Shown here: positions 1 to 15,042 of the stretch, in pieces
How positions within the stretch are numbered: the stretch's first letter is position 1
Layout of the letters: every line of letters begins with the position of its first letter
Source: Eledone cirrhosa
Lineage: Eukaryota
Length of the DNA: 64,000 nt
Assembly (NCBI GenBank): GCA_964016885.1
Contig: OZ024741.1
Location: forward strand, 40,362,001 to 40,426,000
Reading direction: 5' to 3'
Program-made: the position numbers and the translations under genes
Notes under the pieces: generated by a model
Databases searched by the model: none
What the model saw: only the letters and a program-made list of their open reading frames with translations
What the model was told of the DNA's origin: nothing

Positions 1-3000
1 AAGGCCATCAACACCACAACAGCATCACTATCAAGGCCATCAACACCACAACAGAATCACTATCAAGGCCATCAACACCACAACAGCATCACTATCAAGG
101 CCATCAACACCACAACAAGATCACTATCAAGGCCATCAACACCACAACAGCATCACTATCAAGGCCATCAACACCACAACAAGATCACTATCGAGGCCAT
201 CAACATCACAACAGCATCACTATCAAGGCCATCAACACCACATCAGCATCACTATCAAGGTCATCAACACCACAACAGCATCACTATCAAGGCCATCAAC
301 ATCAACATCAGCATCACTATCGAGGCCATCAACACCACAACAGCATCACTATCAAGGCCATCAACACCACAACAGCATCACTATCAGGGCCATCAACATC
401 AACATCAGCATCACTATCAAGGTCATCAACACCACAACAGCATCACTATCAAGGCCATCAACATCAACATCAGCATCACTATCAAGGTCATCAACACCAC
501 AACAGCATCACTATCAAGGCCATCAACACCACAACAGCATCACTATCAAGGCCATCAACATCAACAACAGCATCACTATCAAGGTCATCAACACCACAAC
601 AGCATCACTATCAAGGCCATCAACATCAACATCAGCATCACTATCAAGGTCATCAACACCACAACAGCATCACTATCGAGGCCATCAACACCACAACAGC
701 ATCACTATCAAGGCCATCAACATCAACATCAGCATCACTATCAAGGTCATCAACACCACAACAGCATCACTATCAAGGCCATCAACACCACAACAGCATC
801 ACTATCAAGGTCATCAACACCACAACAGCATCACTATCGAGGCCATCAACACCACAACAGCATCACTATCAAGGCCATCAACACCACAACAGCATCACTA
901 TCAAGGCCATCAACATCAACAACAGCATCACTATCAAGGCCATCAACATCAACATTAGCATCACTATCGAGGCCATCAACACCACAACAGCATCACTATC
1001 AAGGCCATCAACACCACAACAGCATCACTATCAAGGCCATCAACACCACAACAGCATCACTATCAAGCCCGTCAACATCAACAACAGCATCACTATCAAG
1101 GTCATCAACATCAACAACAGCATCACTATCGAGGCCATCGACACCACAACAGCATCACTATCAAGGTCATCAACACCACAACAGCATCACTATCAAGGCC
1201 ATCAACACCACAACAGCATCACTATCAAGGCCATCAACATCAACAACAGCATCACTATCAAGGTCATCAACACCACAACAGCATCATTATCAAGGCCATC
1301 AACACCACAACAGCATCACTATCAAGGCCATCAACACCACAGCGGCATCACTATCAAGGCCATCAACATCAACAACAGCATCACTATCAAGGCCATCAAC
1401 ATCAACATTAGCATCACTATCGAGGCCATCAACACCACAACAGCATCACTATCAAGGCCATCAACATCAGCATCACTATCAAGGTCATCAACACCACAAC
1501 AGCATCACTATCAAGGTCATCAACACCACAACAGCATCACTATCAAGGCCATCAACACCACAACAGCATCACTATCAAGGCCATCAACATCAACAACAGC
1601 ATCACTATCAAGGTCATCAACACCACAACAGCATCACTATCAAGGCCATCAACACCACAACAGCATCACTATCAAGGCCATCAACATCAACAACAGCATC
1701 ACTATCAAGGCCATCAACACCACAACAGCATCACTATCAAGGTCATCAACACCACAACAGCATCACTATCAAGGCCATCAACACCACAACAGCGTCACTA
1801 TCAAGGCCATCAACATCAACAACAGCATCACTATCAAGGTCATCAACACCACAACAGCATCACTATCAAGGCAAATCAACACCACAACAGCATCACTATC
1901 AAGGCCATCAACATCAGCAACAGCATCACTATCAAGGCCATCAACATCAACATTAGCATCACTATCGAGGCCATCAACACCACAACAGCATCACTATCAA
2001 GGTCATCAACACCACAACAGCATCACTATCAAGGCCATCAACATCAACAACAGCATCACTATCAAGGTCATCAACACCACAACAGCATCACTATCAAGGC
2101 CATCAACACCACAACAGCATCACTATCAAGGCCATCAACACCACAACAGCATCACTATCAAGGTCATCAACACCACAACAGCATCACTATCAAGGCCATC
2201 AACACCACAACAGCATCACTATCAAGGCCATCAACATCACAACAGCATCACTATCAAGGCCATCAACACCACAACAGCATCACTATCAAGGCCATCAACA
2301 TCAACAACAGCATCACTATCAAGGTCATCAACACCACAACAGCATCACTATCAAGGCCATCAACACCACAACAGCATCACTATCAAGGCCATCAACATCA
2401 ACAAAAGCATCACTATTAAGGTCATCAACACCACAACAGCATCACTATCAAGGCCATCAACACCACAACAGCGTCACTATCAAGGCCATCAACATCAACA
2501 ACAGCATCACTATCAAGGTCATCAACACCACAACAGCATCACTATCAAGGCAAATCAACACCACAACAGCATCACTATCAAGGCCATCAACATCAGCAAC
2601 AGCATCACTATCAAGGCCATCAACATCAACATTAGCATCATAATCAAGGCCATCAACACCACAACAGCATCACTATCAAGGCCATCAACACCACAACAGC
2701 ATCACTATCAAGGCCATCAACATCACAACAGCATCACTATCAAGGCCATCAACATCACAACAGCATCACTATCAAGGCTATCAACATCAACAACAGCATC
2801 ACTATCAAGGCCATCAACATCACAACAGCATCACTATCAAGGCCATCAACATCAACAACAGCATCACTATCAAGGCCATCAACAACACAACAGCATCACT
2901 ATCAAGGCCATCAACACCACAGCAGCATCACTATCAAGGCCATCAACATCAACAACAGCATCACTATCAAGGCCATCAACACCACAACAGCATCAATATC

Positions 3001-6000
3001 AAGGCCATCAACACCACAACAGCATCACTATCAAGGCCATAAACACCACAGCAGCATCACTATCAAGGCCATCAACATCAACAACAGCATCACTATCAAG
3101 GCCATCAACACCACAACAGCATCACTATCGAGGCCATCAACACCACAACAGCATCACTATCAAGGCCATCAACATCACAACATCACTATCAAGGCCATCA
3201 ACATCACAACAACATCACTATCGAGGCCATCAACACCACAACAGCATCAGTATCAAGGCCATCAACATCAACAACAGCATCACGATCAAGGCCATCAACA
3301 CCACAACAGCATCACTATCAAGGCCATCAACACCACAACAGCATCACTATCAAGGCCATCCACACCACAACAGCATCACTATCAAGGCCATCAACATCAC
3401 AACAACATCACTATCAAGGCCATCAACACCACAACAGCATCACTATCAAGGCCATCAACACCACAACAGCATCACTATCAAGGCCATCAACACCACAACA
3501 GCATCACTATCAAGGCCATCAACATCACAACAGCATCACTATCAAGGCCATCAACATCAACAACAGCATCACTATCAAGGCCATCAACACCACAACAGCA
3601 TCACTATTAAGGCCATCAACACCACAACAGCATCACTATCAAGGCCATCAACACCACAACAGCATCACTATCAAGGCCATCAACACCACAACAGCATCAC
3701 TATCAAGGCCATCAACATCAACTTCAGCATCACTATCGAGGCCATCAACATCACAACAGCATCACTATCAAGGCCATCAACATCAACAACAGCATCACTA
3801 TCATGGCCATCAACACCACAACAGCATCACTATCAAGGCTATCAACACCACAACAGCATCACTATCAAGGTCATCAACATCAACAACAGCATCACTATCA
3901 AGGCCATCAACACCACAACAGCATCACTATCAAGGCCATCAACACCACAGCAGCATCACTATCAAGGCCATCAACATCAACAACAGCGTCACTATCAAGG
4001 CCATCAACATCACAACAGCATCACTATCAAGGCCATCAACATCACAACAGCATCACTATCAAGGCCATCAACACCACAGCAGCATCACTATCAAGGCCAT
4101 CAAAATCAACAACAGCATCACTATCAAGGCCATCAACATCACAACAGCATCACTATCAAGGCCATCAACATCACAACAACATCACTATCAAGGCCATCAA
4201 CATCACAACAACATCACTATCAAGGCCATCAACATCACAACAACATCACAATCAAGGCCATCAACACCACAAAAGCATCACTATCAAGGTCATCAACATC
4301 AACAACAGCATCACTATCAAGGCCATCAACACCACAACAGCATCACTATCAAGGCCATCAACACCACAACAGCATCACTATCAAGGCCATCAACACCACA
4401 ACAGCATCACTATCAAGGCCATCAACATCACAACAGCATCACTATCAAGGCCATCAACATCAAGAACAGCATCACTATCAAGGCCATCAACACTACAACA
4501 GCATCACTATCAAGGTCATCAACATCAACAACAGCATCACTATCAAGGCCATCAACACCACAACAGCATCACTATCAAGGCCATCAACACCACAACAACA
4601 TCACTATCAAGGCCATCAACACCACAACAGCATCACTATCAAGGCCATCAACACCACAACAGCATCACTATCAAGGCCATCAACACCACAACAGCATCAC
4701 TATCAAGGCCATCAACACCACAACAGAATCACTATCAAGGCCATCAACACCACAACAACATCACTATCAAGGCCATCAACACCACAACAGCATCACTATC
4801 AAGGCCATCAACACCACAACAGCATCACTATCAAGGCCATCAACACCACAACAGCATCACTATCACGGCCATCAACACCACAACAGCATCACTATCAAGG
4901 CCATCAACATCACAACAACATCACTATCAAGGCCATCAACACCACAACAGCATCACTATCAAGGCCATCAACACCACAACAACATCACTATCAAGGCCAT
5001 CAACACCACAACAGCATCGCTATCAAGGCCATCAACGCCACAACAGCATCACTATCAAGGCCATCAACATCACAACAACATCACTATCAAGGTCATCAAC
5101 ACCACAACAGCATCACTATCAAGGCCATCAACACCACAACAGCATCACTATCAAGGCCATCAACACCACAACAGCATCACTATCAAGGCCATCAACATCA
5201 CAACAACATCACTATCAAGGCCATCAACGCCACAACAGCATCACTATCAAGGCCATCAACACCACAACAGCATCACTATCAAGGCCATCAACACCACAAC
5301 AGCATCACTATCAAGGCCATCAACATCACAACAACATCACTATCAAGGTCATCAACACCACAACAGCATCACTATCAAGGCCATCAACATCACAACAACA
5401 TCACTATCAAGGTCATCAACACCACAACAGCATCACTATCAAGGCCATCAACATCACAACAACATCACTATCAAGGCCATCAACATCAACAACAGCATCA
5501 CTATCAAGGCCATCAACATCAACAACAGCATCACTATCAAGGCCATCAACATCAACAACAGCATCACTATCAAGGCCATCAACACCACAACAGCATCACT
5601 ATCAAGGCCATCAACATCTCAACAGCATCACTATCAAGGCCATCAACATCACAACAGCATCACTATCAAGGCCATCAACATCACAACAGCATCACTATGA
5701 AGGCCATCAACACCACAATAGCATCACTATCAAGGCCATCAACATCAACAACAGCATCACTATCAAGGCCATCAACATCAACAACAGCATCACTATCAAG
5801 GCCATCAACATCACAACAACATCACTATTAAGGCTATCAACACCACAACAGCATCACTATCAAGGCCATCAACACCACAACAGCATCACTATCAAGGCCA
5901 TCAACACCACAATAGCATCACTATCAAGGCCATCAACACCACAACAGCATCACTATCAAGGCCATCAACACCACGTCAGCATCACTATCAAGTTCATCAA

Positions 6001-6330
6001 CATCAACAACAGCATCACTATCAAGGCCATCAACACCACAACAGCATCACTATCAAGGCCATCAGCACCACATCAGCATCACTATCAAGGCCATCAACAC
6101 CACAACAGCATCACCATCAAGGCCATCAACACCACAACAGCATCACTATCAAGGCCATCAACACCACAACAGCATCACTATCAAGGCCATCAACACCACA
6201 TCAGCATCACTATCAAGGCCATCAACACCACAACAGCGTCACTATCAAGGCCATCAACACCACATCAGCATCACTATCAAGGCCATCAACATCAACAACA
6301 GCATCACCATCAAGGCCATCAACACCACAA
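1..6330. repeat. 32/33-bp minisatellite array (unit AAGGCCATCAACACCACAACAGCATCACTATC), runs off the window start
   Basis: The unit recurs at 1, 33, ...; the 33-bp variant has ATCAACATCAACAACAGC, with GGCC/GGTC variants. It fades into (ACA)n at about 6330. ORF 3803-6415 is its translation. Confidence 0.98.
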
Positions 6331-6415
6331 CATTACAACAACAACACCAATAGCAATAAACTATATTGAATTGAATTATATGAAAAAAAAATGCTTTACA
6401 TGGTTTTTATACTGA

Positions 6416-6615
6416 TGTAGTTGTTGGTGGTGGTGTTGTTGTTGTTGGTGGTGGTGGTGGTGGTGGTGTTGGTGGTGGTGGTGGTGGTGGTGGTGGTGGT
6501 GTTGGTGGTGGTGTTGGTGGTGGGGTTGTTGGTGGTGGTGCTGTTGGTGGTGTTGTTGTTGGTGGTGGTGTTGTTGGTGGTGGTGTTGTTGGTGGTGTTG
6601 TTGGTGGTGGTGATG

Positions 6616-6647
<32 letters not shown>

Positions 6648-7065
6648 GGTGGTGTTGGTGGTGGTGGTGGTGTTGGTGGTGTTGTTGGTGGTGGTGTTGT
6701 TGTTGGCGGTGTTGTTGGTGGTGTTGTTGTTGTTGGTGGTGGTGTTGTTGGTGGTGTTGTTGGAGGTGGTTGTGTTGGTGGTGTTGTTGTTGTTGTTGTT
6801 GTTGGTGGTGGTGGTGTTGTTGGTGGTGGTGTTGTTGGTGGTGGTGTTGTTGGTGGTGGTGTTGTTGGTGGTGTTGTTGGTGGTGGTGTTGTTGGTGGTG
6901 TTGTTGGTGGTGGTGGTGTTGTAGTTGGTGGTGGTGGTGTTGTTGTTGGTGGTGTTGTTGTTGTTGTTACTGTTGTTGCTATTGTTGTTGGTATTGTTGT
7001 TGTTGTTGTTGTTGTTACTGTTGTTGTTGTTGTTGTTGTTGTTGTTACTCTTGCTGTTGCTGCTG
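6416..7065. repeat. Mixed (GGT)n/(GTT)n trinucleotide tract
   Basis: Directly visible; produces the poly-V/T/N/P ORFs. Confidence 0.97.
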
Positions 7066-7219
7066 TTCCTCCTACATCTGCTAACATTATCATTGTAGCA
7101 ATAAACCACAAACTGTTACGGGGGGGGGGGGGGGTAGCAGGATTTTAAATGATTATCATATAATTTTTGTTTTTTGCCTATATGTTGAATGTGGTTGAAG
7201 ACGACAATGTTGGTAGGAA

Positions 7220-7582
7220 CGGTGATGATGATGATTAGGAGGAGAAAGAGAAGAGTGAGATGGTGGTGGTGGTGGTGGTGGTGGTGGTGGTGGTGGTGGT
7301 GGTGGTAGTGGTGCTGCTGCTGCTGCTGCTGATAATGGTGGTGGTAGTGGTGGTAGTGATGGTTGTGATGGTGGTGGTGATGGTGGGATGAGAAAGTTGA
7401 CGATGACGATAATAATTCTTTCTACTTTTGGCACAAGGCCAGTAAAAACAGTGCATTACTGGTACTTTATTTTATCGACCCCGTAAGGATGAAAGGCAAA
7501 GTCAACCTCGGGCGATAACGATAATAATGATCATCATCATCGTCCTGATGAGGATGATGATGTTTAGGAGGTGAAAGAGGAA

Positions 7583-7643
<61 letters not shown>

Positions 7644-8165
7644 TGCAGCGGCAGCAGAGTAGTAGTAGTTGGAGGAGGAGGGGGAGTAGGAGGGGGAGGG
7701 GACGGGGGGAGGGGTGACGGTGGAGGTGGTGGTGGTAGATGAGAAAATTGACGATGGCGATAATAACGAACATCATCATCATCGTCATCATAATGATAAA
7801 CATGAAGACGAGGCTTAGAGGTGTCATGTCGATGAATATATTTTTTATGACTGAAACCAATATCTCATCGTCTTATATTTTAATTAATCTTTACATCTGT
7901 CCTGGTTATATTTTCACCAAACCTTATAAGTAGTAGATATTTATAGTGATAGTCCTTGTTGAATATGTCGTCGTTGTTGTTGTTGTTGTTGTTGTTGCTG
8001 CTGCTGCTGCTGCTGTTGTTGTTGTTGTTGTTGTTGTTGTTGCTGCTGCTGCTGCTGCTGCTGTTGTTGTATTGCTATTGTTTCGTTGTTGTTGTTTTTG
8101 TTGTTGTTGTTGTTGCTGTTGTTGTTGTATTACTATTGTTTTTGTTGTTGTTATTGTCGTTGTGC
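7220..8165. repeat. Cluster of (GGT)n, (GCT)n, (GTA)n and (GTT)n microsatellites
   Basis: Directly visible. Confidence 0.9.
7418..7512 (-). mobile_element. 5'-truncated tRNA-derived SINE (family S1)
   Basis: Matches the 3' half of the full copy at 32192-32374 (GGCACAAGGCCAG...TTTATCGACCCCGTAAGGATGAAAGGCAAAGTCAACCTCG). Confidence 0.9.
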
Positions 8166-8312
8166 TCAAGTTGCGCTGATTTTCCTTAACTTTTACAAGT
8201 CTTTCGAAATTTCTCATATATATATCAGGGGCGATGGAAACATTTCTATATTTGTTGGGGGGGGGGCAGCTAATTCTCCCTTAAATCTTATGTTTGTATG
8301 AGCTAATGGTAA

Positions 8313-8556
8313 CTAGACCTGTTAAAAGTCACAGCCAAATCTCCCTCAAAATAAATACAGGTATTCTGTTTAGGAGTTACTTGTATATATGTATAAGTGG
8401 TAGACCGTCCTGTACATAGTAGTTAGATCTGTTAGAAATAGCAACCAATTCCCCCCTCAAAACACACCGTACTATATTAGCTATGTATATACCAACGAAG
8501 ACTAATCTCTACAGTGTGGTTAAACCTGCTAGAAATAGCAGCCAAATCGTCCTCAA
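8313..8556 (+). repeat. Three degenerate copies of the motif CTGYTAGAAATAGCAGCCAAATCTCCCTCAAA (SINE-tail-like repeat)
   Basis: Motif at about 8318, 8428 and 8526; related motifs near 19150-19310 and 21790. Confidence 0.6.
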
Positions 8557-8705
8557 TTTATATATTAGTTATTCTAGGTGTAACTTTATTTCATTATTCT
8601 AAAATAATAATTAATATTGATAATGTCATAGGATTTCTACAATAGGAATTGCAAATGGAAAAACGGTTTTTAATATAATATAACTTTGTCAACGTATTAA
8701 TCATT

Positions 8706-8890
8706 TGCGGTGAATTGGCAGTATCAGTAAGGGTCGGACATGCTTTCCAGCATAGTTACGACCCTTTACGATCTGGGTTCAAATCCCGCCGACATTAACT
8801 TTACCTTTCATCCTTACGGGATCGATAAAATAAAGTACCAGTAATGTACTAGGTTATTGCTGGCCTTGTGCCAAAAAGTAGAGAAACAAT
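8706..8890 (+). mobile_element. tRNA-derived SINE S1, near full length
   Basis: A-box-like TGGCAGTATCAG, B-box GGTTCAAATCC, core CCTTTCATCCTTACGGGATCGATAAAATAAAGTACCAGT (resembles the MetaSINE-type central domain, from memory). Confidence 0.9.
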
Positions 8891-9098
8891 TATTAACCCC
8901 CCCCCCCCAATCTATCGCTGCAAAAACTTATTTCTTATTTTGAAATATATGTTACAAAGAATAGAAAGTTATTTGAATAAAAATTCAATAATATGTGGTG
9001 AGCACTAAACCTTAATCATGTCGGTAAATTATAATCCTTACACTCGTCTACGAGAAAAGGGGGTTTTAGACATATCGTTTGAGTGAAACACAGAAAAC

Positions 9099-9465
9099 TA
9101 CCTTGTTTCTCTAAGACAGGTTTTATATCATTTTTCACTAAATAGATGGGGGAGGGGTTCACTAGGGCTTAGTTTCGTGGTAGGGTTTATATTTTTACAC
9201 AAACAATAACAGCACAAGAATTTTGATAAAATATTATACTGATGTCAAAAATAAAGGATATATATTATAGAGTTAAAACAATATCGTAAAAATAATTTAT
9301 TATATTAACAACATTTTTATGGAAGTCTGGGTTTTACATTATTCTTTTTTTTTTATTAATTTTCCTCGCAAAAATGTGTTAGTGCTTATGTACAGGATAG
9401 GGCTTATATTGAACAGCAACATAAAAATCATGTCAGGGCTTATTTTTGAAGTAGAGGAAACACGA
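9099..9465. mobile_element. Decayed non-autonomous pogo/Tigger-like DNA element
   Basis: The ends TACCTTGTTTCTC and GAGGAAACACGAG are imperfect inverted repeats; internal repeated GGGCTTAT(A/T)TT subterminal motifs. Confidence 0.45.
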
Positions 9466-9468
9466 GAA

Positions 9469-10145
9469 TTTTGAAGGCTATATTCGTTTAAAAGGCATCA
9501 AAATTTATAGGAAAAACTATAAATTTTACCCTCAAAATTCTATCAACTAACGACCCTGGAGATAAAAAATTAAAACACTATTAGAGTGTAGGAGATAGGA
9601 TGTAATGATAAAAAAAAATAATATAGCGTTCAGACCTCTCGAAACCTGGTCACCCTCACGGAATTTGTCTACCACCACAGATTAATATATATAGCGTTCA
9701 GACCTCTCCAAATGTGATCATCCTCACGGATCTCGCCTACCACCCCAGATCAAGAAATACAGCGTTCAGACCTCTCCCCATGTGGTCACCCTTACGGAAT
9801 GTATCTACCACCTTAGATCTAGAAATACTACAGCGCCCAGACCTCTCTAAATATGGTCATTCTGACAGAATTAGCCTATCACCCCGGATCAAATATAGCG
9901 AAATATTGCGTTCAGACCACTCGAAACGTGGTCACCCTTACGGATTTCATTTACCACATTACACTCACGAGGCTTTCAGGTAAATATTTATTATATTAAA
10001 CACGTATTTGGGACAAGTGTAATAATATCATTTATATAATTTTAAAAGGTAGGTATTTGATCAATTTCTTTAGTATTTTTAAGGCGAATTTACGTTTTTC
10101 CTTACGATAATTTTATGTGATTTGAACGAATCTGACCTTAAAACC
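9469..10145. mobile_element. Fold-back/MITE-like element with diverged ~75-bp inverted ends and an internal ~68-bp tandem array (5 units, 9621-9960)
   Basis: 9469-9545 aligns by eye to the reverse complement of about 10070-10145. Internal units begin (ATA)GCGTTCAGACCTCTC at about 9621, 9689, 9756, 9826 and 9903. Confidence 0.6.
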
Positions 10146-10214
10146 GTTACAAATTATTCGTTGTGTGTCTCCCACCAACCCCAGAATTTCATGACACCCG
10201 TCTCGTAGAAGGAT

Positions 10215-10290
10215 TTCTAATTTAGGCACAATACCAGCAATTTTGGAAAGATAAAGTCGATTACATCAACCACAGCGCTTCGCTGGTACA
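10215..10290 (-). mobile_element. SINE S1-related 3' fragment
   Basis: TTTCTAATTTAGGCACAATACCAGCAATTTTGG...AAGTCGATTACATCAACC matches the 3' end of the 19401 copy. Confidence 0.65.
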
Positions 10291-10420
10291 CAGGGCCGGA
10301 CGTTCATTTCCTGAAAGTCTTTAGCTATATGAAATTTGAGACCGTAATTTTTTGAGTTAGTGTTAATGAATATAAATTATTGATAGAATATATCATATAT
10401 ATATAGATATGCATATATAT

Positions 10421-10714
<294 letters not shown>

Positions 10715-10902
10715 TTTAGTACAGCATAGACGAAGCTCTAGTATACAGCCAAGCTAGCGTGTATGCTTATTCGGTTTGTAGCTTTAGCACTCAGATGAGG
10801 TAAGACCCCAGAGTATAACATTATGTTCAGACAGCTTAGCAAATTAGATATAGCAGTCGGCAGTCCGACCGCATTACCAGAGCAACAAAAATACAAGACA
10901 TA

Positions 10903-10992
10903 TATATATAACGAAGGAAGTGTGGTAAGGAACCAGGTGGATCATAACGCACCAGAGTACTCGATACTTTGGGTAGTAGAGTGGGTAATAAG
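10903..10992. repeat. Dispersed repeat, second copy at 45797-45898, both starting at (TA)n
   Basis: TATAACGAAGGAA(G/A)TGTGGTAAGGAACCAGGTGGA(T/C)CATAACGCACCA...GGGTAGTAGAGTGGGTAATA in both copies. Confidence 0.85.
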
Positions 10993-11002
10993 AAAAGAGT
11001 CA

Positions 11003-11115
11003 GGACCCCAGAAGCTATAATAGAATACATTTGCATAAGGGATGCCAGGCGGCATGAGGATCGAACTAGAAACAACGTGGTTGTCAGGCGAACTTGTTAG
11101 ACACACAGACATGGA
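11003..11115 (-). mobile_element. Decayed tRNA-derived SINE head (family S2)
   Basis: The minus strand has B-box-like AGTTCGATCC followed by GGCATCCCTTATGCAAATGTATTCTATTATAGC; similar to 21340-21460 and 29080-29235. Confidence 0.55.
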
Positions 11116-11324
11116 CAAAAGAATATAATCAAAAACAATAAAAATGAGAAGAGAGATCTCCTTAAATGAAAGCCTAGAGACGGTCAGAAAGGCAAGCTGT
11201 AAAGAATGTTCTAACATGAGAAGATGTGACCATGTAATGAATAGTAACTGTAAAAGTGCAATCTTTTATTGGTAATTAAGATGGCTGAGATTTCATCCAG
11301 TCGTTTTACTTTTACCATCACTTT

Positions 11325-14300
11325 ATTCACCACCACCAATACCACTACTACCACCACTACCACCAATACCACCACCAATACCACCACCAATACCACCACC
11401 ACTACTACCACCACCACCACCACCATCACTACCACCACCACCACCAATATAACCACCACTACTACCATCACCACCATCACCACCACCAATACCACTACCA
11501 CCACCATCACCACGACCAATACCACTACCACCAATACCACCACCACCACCACCACCAATACCACTACCACCACCACCACCACCACCACCACCACCACCAA
11601 TACTACCACCACCACCACCAATACCACCAACACCAATACCACCACCACCAACATCACCACGACCAATACCACCACCACCAATAGCACCACCACCACCACC
11701 AATACCACCACCACCACCATCACCACCACCAATACCACCACCACCACCACCACCAATACCACCACCACCACCACCAATACCACCACCACCACCACCACCA
11801 CCAATACCACCACCACCACCACCACCACCAATACCACCACCACCACCACCAATACCACCACCACCACCATCACCACCACCATACCACCACCACCAATACC
11901 ACCACCATCACCAATACCACCACCACCACCATCACCACCACCAATACCACCACCACCAATACCACCACCACCACCACCAATACCACCACCACCATCATCA
12001 CCACCACCAATACCACCACCACCAATACCACCACCACCACCACCACCACCACCACCACCACTACCGCCACCAACACCACCACCACCACCACTACCACCAC
12101 CACCACCACCACCACTACCACCAACACCATCACCACTACCACCACCACCACCACCACCAATACCACCACCACCACCACCAGCACTACCACCACCACCACC
12201 ACCACGACCACCACCAATACCACCACCACCACCACCACCACTACCACCACCACCACCACCACTACCACCACCACCACCACCACCAATACCACCACCACCA
12301 CCACCACCTCCACTACCACCACCCCCACCACCACCAATACCACCCCACCACCACCACTACCACCACCACCACCACCACCACCACTACCACCACCACCACC
12401 AACACCACTACCACCACCACCACCACCACTACCACCACCACCACCACCAATACCACCACCACCAACACCACCACCACCAATACCACCACCACCACCACCA
12501 CCCCTGCCACCACCACCACCAATACCACCACCACCACCACCACTACCACCACCAATACCACCACCACCACCACCAATACCACCACCACCACCACCACTAC
12601 CACTACCACCACCACCACTGCCACCACCACCACCACCACCACCACCACCACCACCACCACCACCACCACTACCACTACCACCACCACCACTGCCACCACC
12701 ACCACCACAACCACCACCACCACTACCACCACCACCACCACCACCACTACCACCACCACCATCACCACCAACACGACCACCACCACCACCACTACCACTA
12801 CCACCACCACCACCACCACCAATACCACCACCACGACCACCAACACCACCACCACCACCACCACCACCAATACCACCACCACGACCACCAACACCACCAC
12901 CACCACCACCACCACCACCAACACGACCACCACCACCACCAACACGACCACCACCACCACCACTACCACTACCACCACCACCACCACCACCAATACCACC
13001 ACCACGACCACCAACACCACCACCACCACCACCACTACCACTACCACTGCCACCACCACCACCAATACCACCACCAACACCACCACTACCACCACCAATA
13101 CCACCACCACCACCACCACCACCACCACCACCAATACCACCACCACGACCACCAACACCACCACCACCACCACCACCACTACCACTACCACCACCACCAC
13201 CACTGCCACCACCACCACCAATACCACCACCAACACCACCACTACCACCACCAATACCACCACCACCACCACCACCACCACCACCACCAATACCACCACC
13301 ACCACCACCACCACCACCACCACTACCACTACCACCACCAATACCACCACCAACACCACCACTACCACCACCAATACCACCACCACCACCACCACCACCA
13401 CCGCCACCACCACCACCACCACCAATACCACCACCAATACCACCACCACCACCACCACCACCACCACCACCAACACCACCACCACCACCACCACCACTAC
13501 CACTACCACCACCACCACCACTGCCACCACCACCACCAATACCACCACCAACACCACCACTACCACCACCAATACCACCACCACCACCACCACCACCACC
13601 ACCAATACCACCACCACCACCACCACCACCACCACTACCACTACCACCACCAATACCACCACCAACACCACCACTACCACCACCAATACCACCACCACCA
13701 CCACCACCACCACCACCACCACCACTACCACCACCATCACCACCACCACCACAACCACCACTACCACTACCACCACCACCACCACTGCCACCACCACCAC
13801 CAATACCACCACCAACACCACCACTACCACCACCACCACCACCACCACCACCACCACCAATACCACCACTACCACCACCACCACCACCACCACCACCACC
13901 ACCACCACCACCAATACCACCACCACCACCACCACCACCACCAATACCACCACCACCACCACCACCACCACTACCACTACTACCACCAATACCACCACCA
14001 CCACCACTACCACCACCACCACCACCACCACCACCACCAATACCACCACTACTACCACCGCTACCACCGCATCCACCACCAATACCACCACCACCACCAC
14101 CACCACCACCACCACCACCACTACCACCACCACCACCAGCACCACCACCAATACCACCACCACCAACACCACCACCACCACCACCACCACCACTACCACT
14201 ACCACCACCACCACCACTGCCACCACCACTACCACCACCACCACCACCACCACCACCACCAATACCACCACTACCACCAGCACCACCACTACCACCACCA

Positions 14301-15020
14301 CCACCACCACCACCACCACCACCACCACCACCACCACCACCACCAATACCACCACCACCACCACCACCACCACCACCACCACCACCACCACCACCACCAC
14401 CACCACCACCAATACCACCACCACCACCACCACCACCACCACCACCACCACCACCACCACCACCACCACCACCAATACCACCACTACTACCACCGCTACC
14501 ACCGCTACCACCACCAATACCACCACCACCACCACCACCACCACCACCACCACTACCACCACCACCACCAGCACCACCACCAATACCACCACCACCAACA
14601 CCACCACCACCACCACCACCACCACTACCACTACCACCACCACCACCACTGCCACCACCACTACCACCACCACCACCACCACCACCACCACCACCAATAC
14701 CACCACTACCACCAGCACCACCACTACCACCACCACCACCACCACCACCACCAATACCACCACCACCAATACCACCACCACCAATACCACCACCACCACC
14801 ACCACCACCACCAATACCACCACCACCACCAACACCACCACCACCACCACCACCACCACCACCAATACCACCACCACCACCACCACCACCGCCACCACCA
14901 CCACCACCACCACCACCACCACCACCACCGCCACCACCACCACCACCACCACCACCACCACCACCACCACCACCACCACCAATACCACCACTACTACCAC
15001 CGCTACCGCCGCCGTCACCA
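11325..15020. repeat. 3.7-kb (CAC)n tract punctuated by CAA-TAC, TAC, TGC, GAC and CGC
   Basis: Directly visible; source of the 1287-aa T/P/H and 902-aa V ORFs. Confidence 0.98.
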
Positions 15021-15042
15021 ATGCGCCTTCGCTCTAACTAAC

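Noticed and set aside
3803-6415. 870-aa His/Gln/Thr-rich ORF
   Set aside because: It is the translation of the 32/33-bp minisatellite cycling through frames; the ATG is a single-unit point variant.
7536-7563. CTGATGA hammerhead core (also at about 16369, 21873, 22025, and minus strand at 51125)
   Set aside because: No stem II plus GAAA in register; explained by (GAT)n context or chance.
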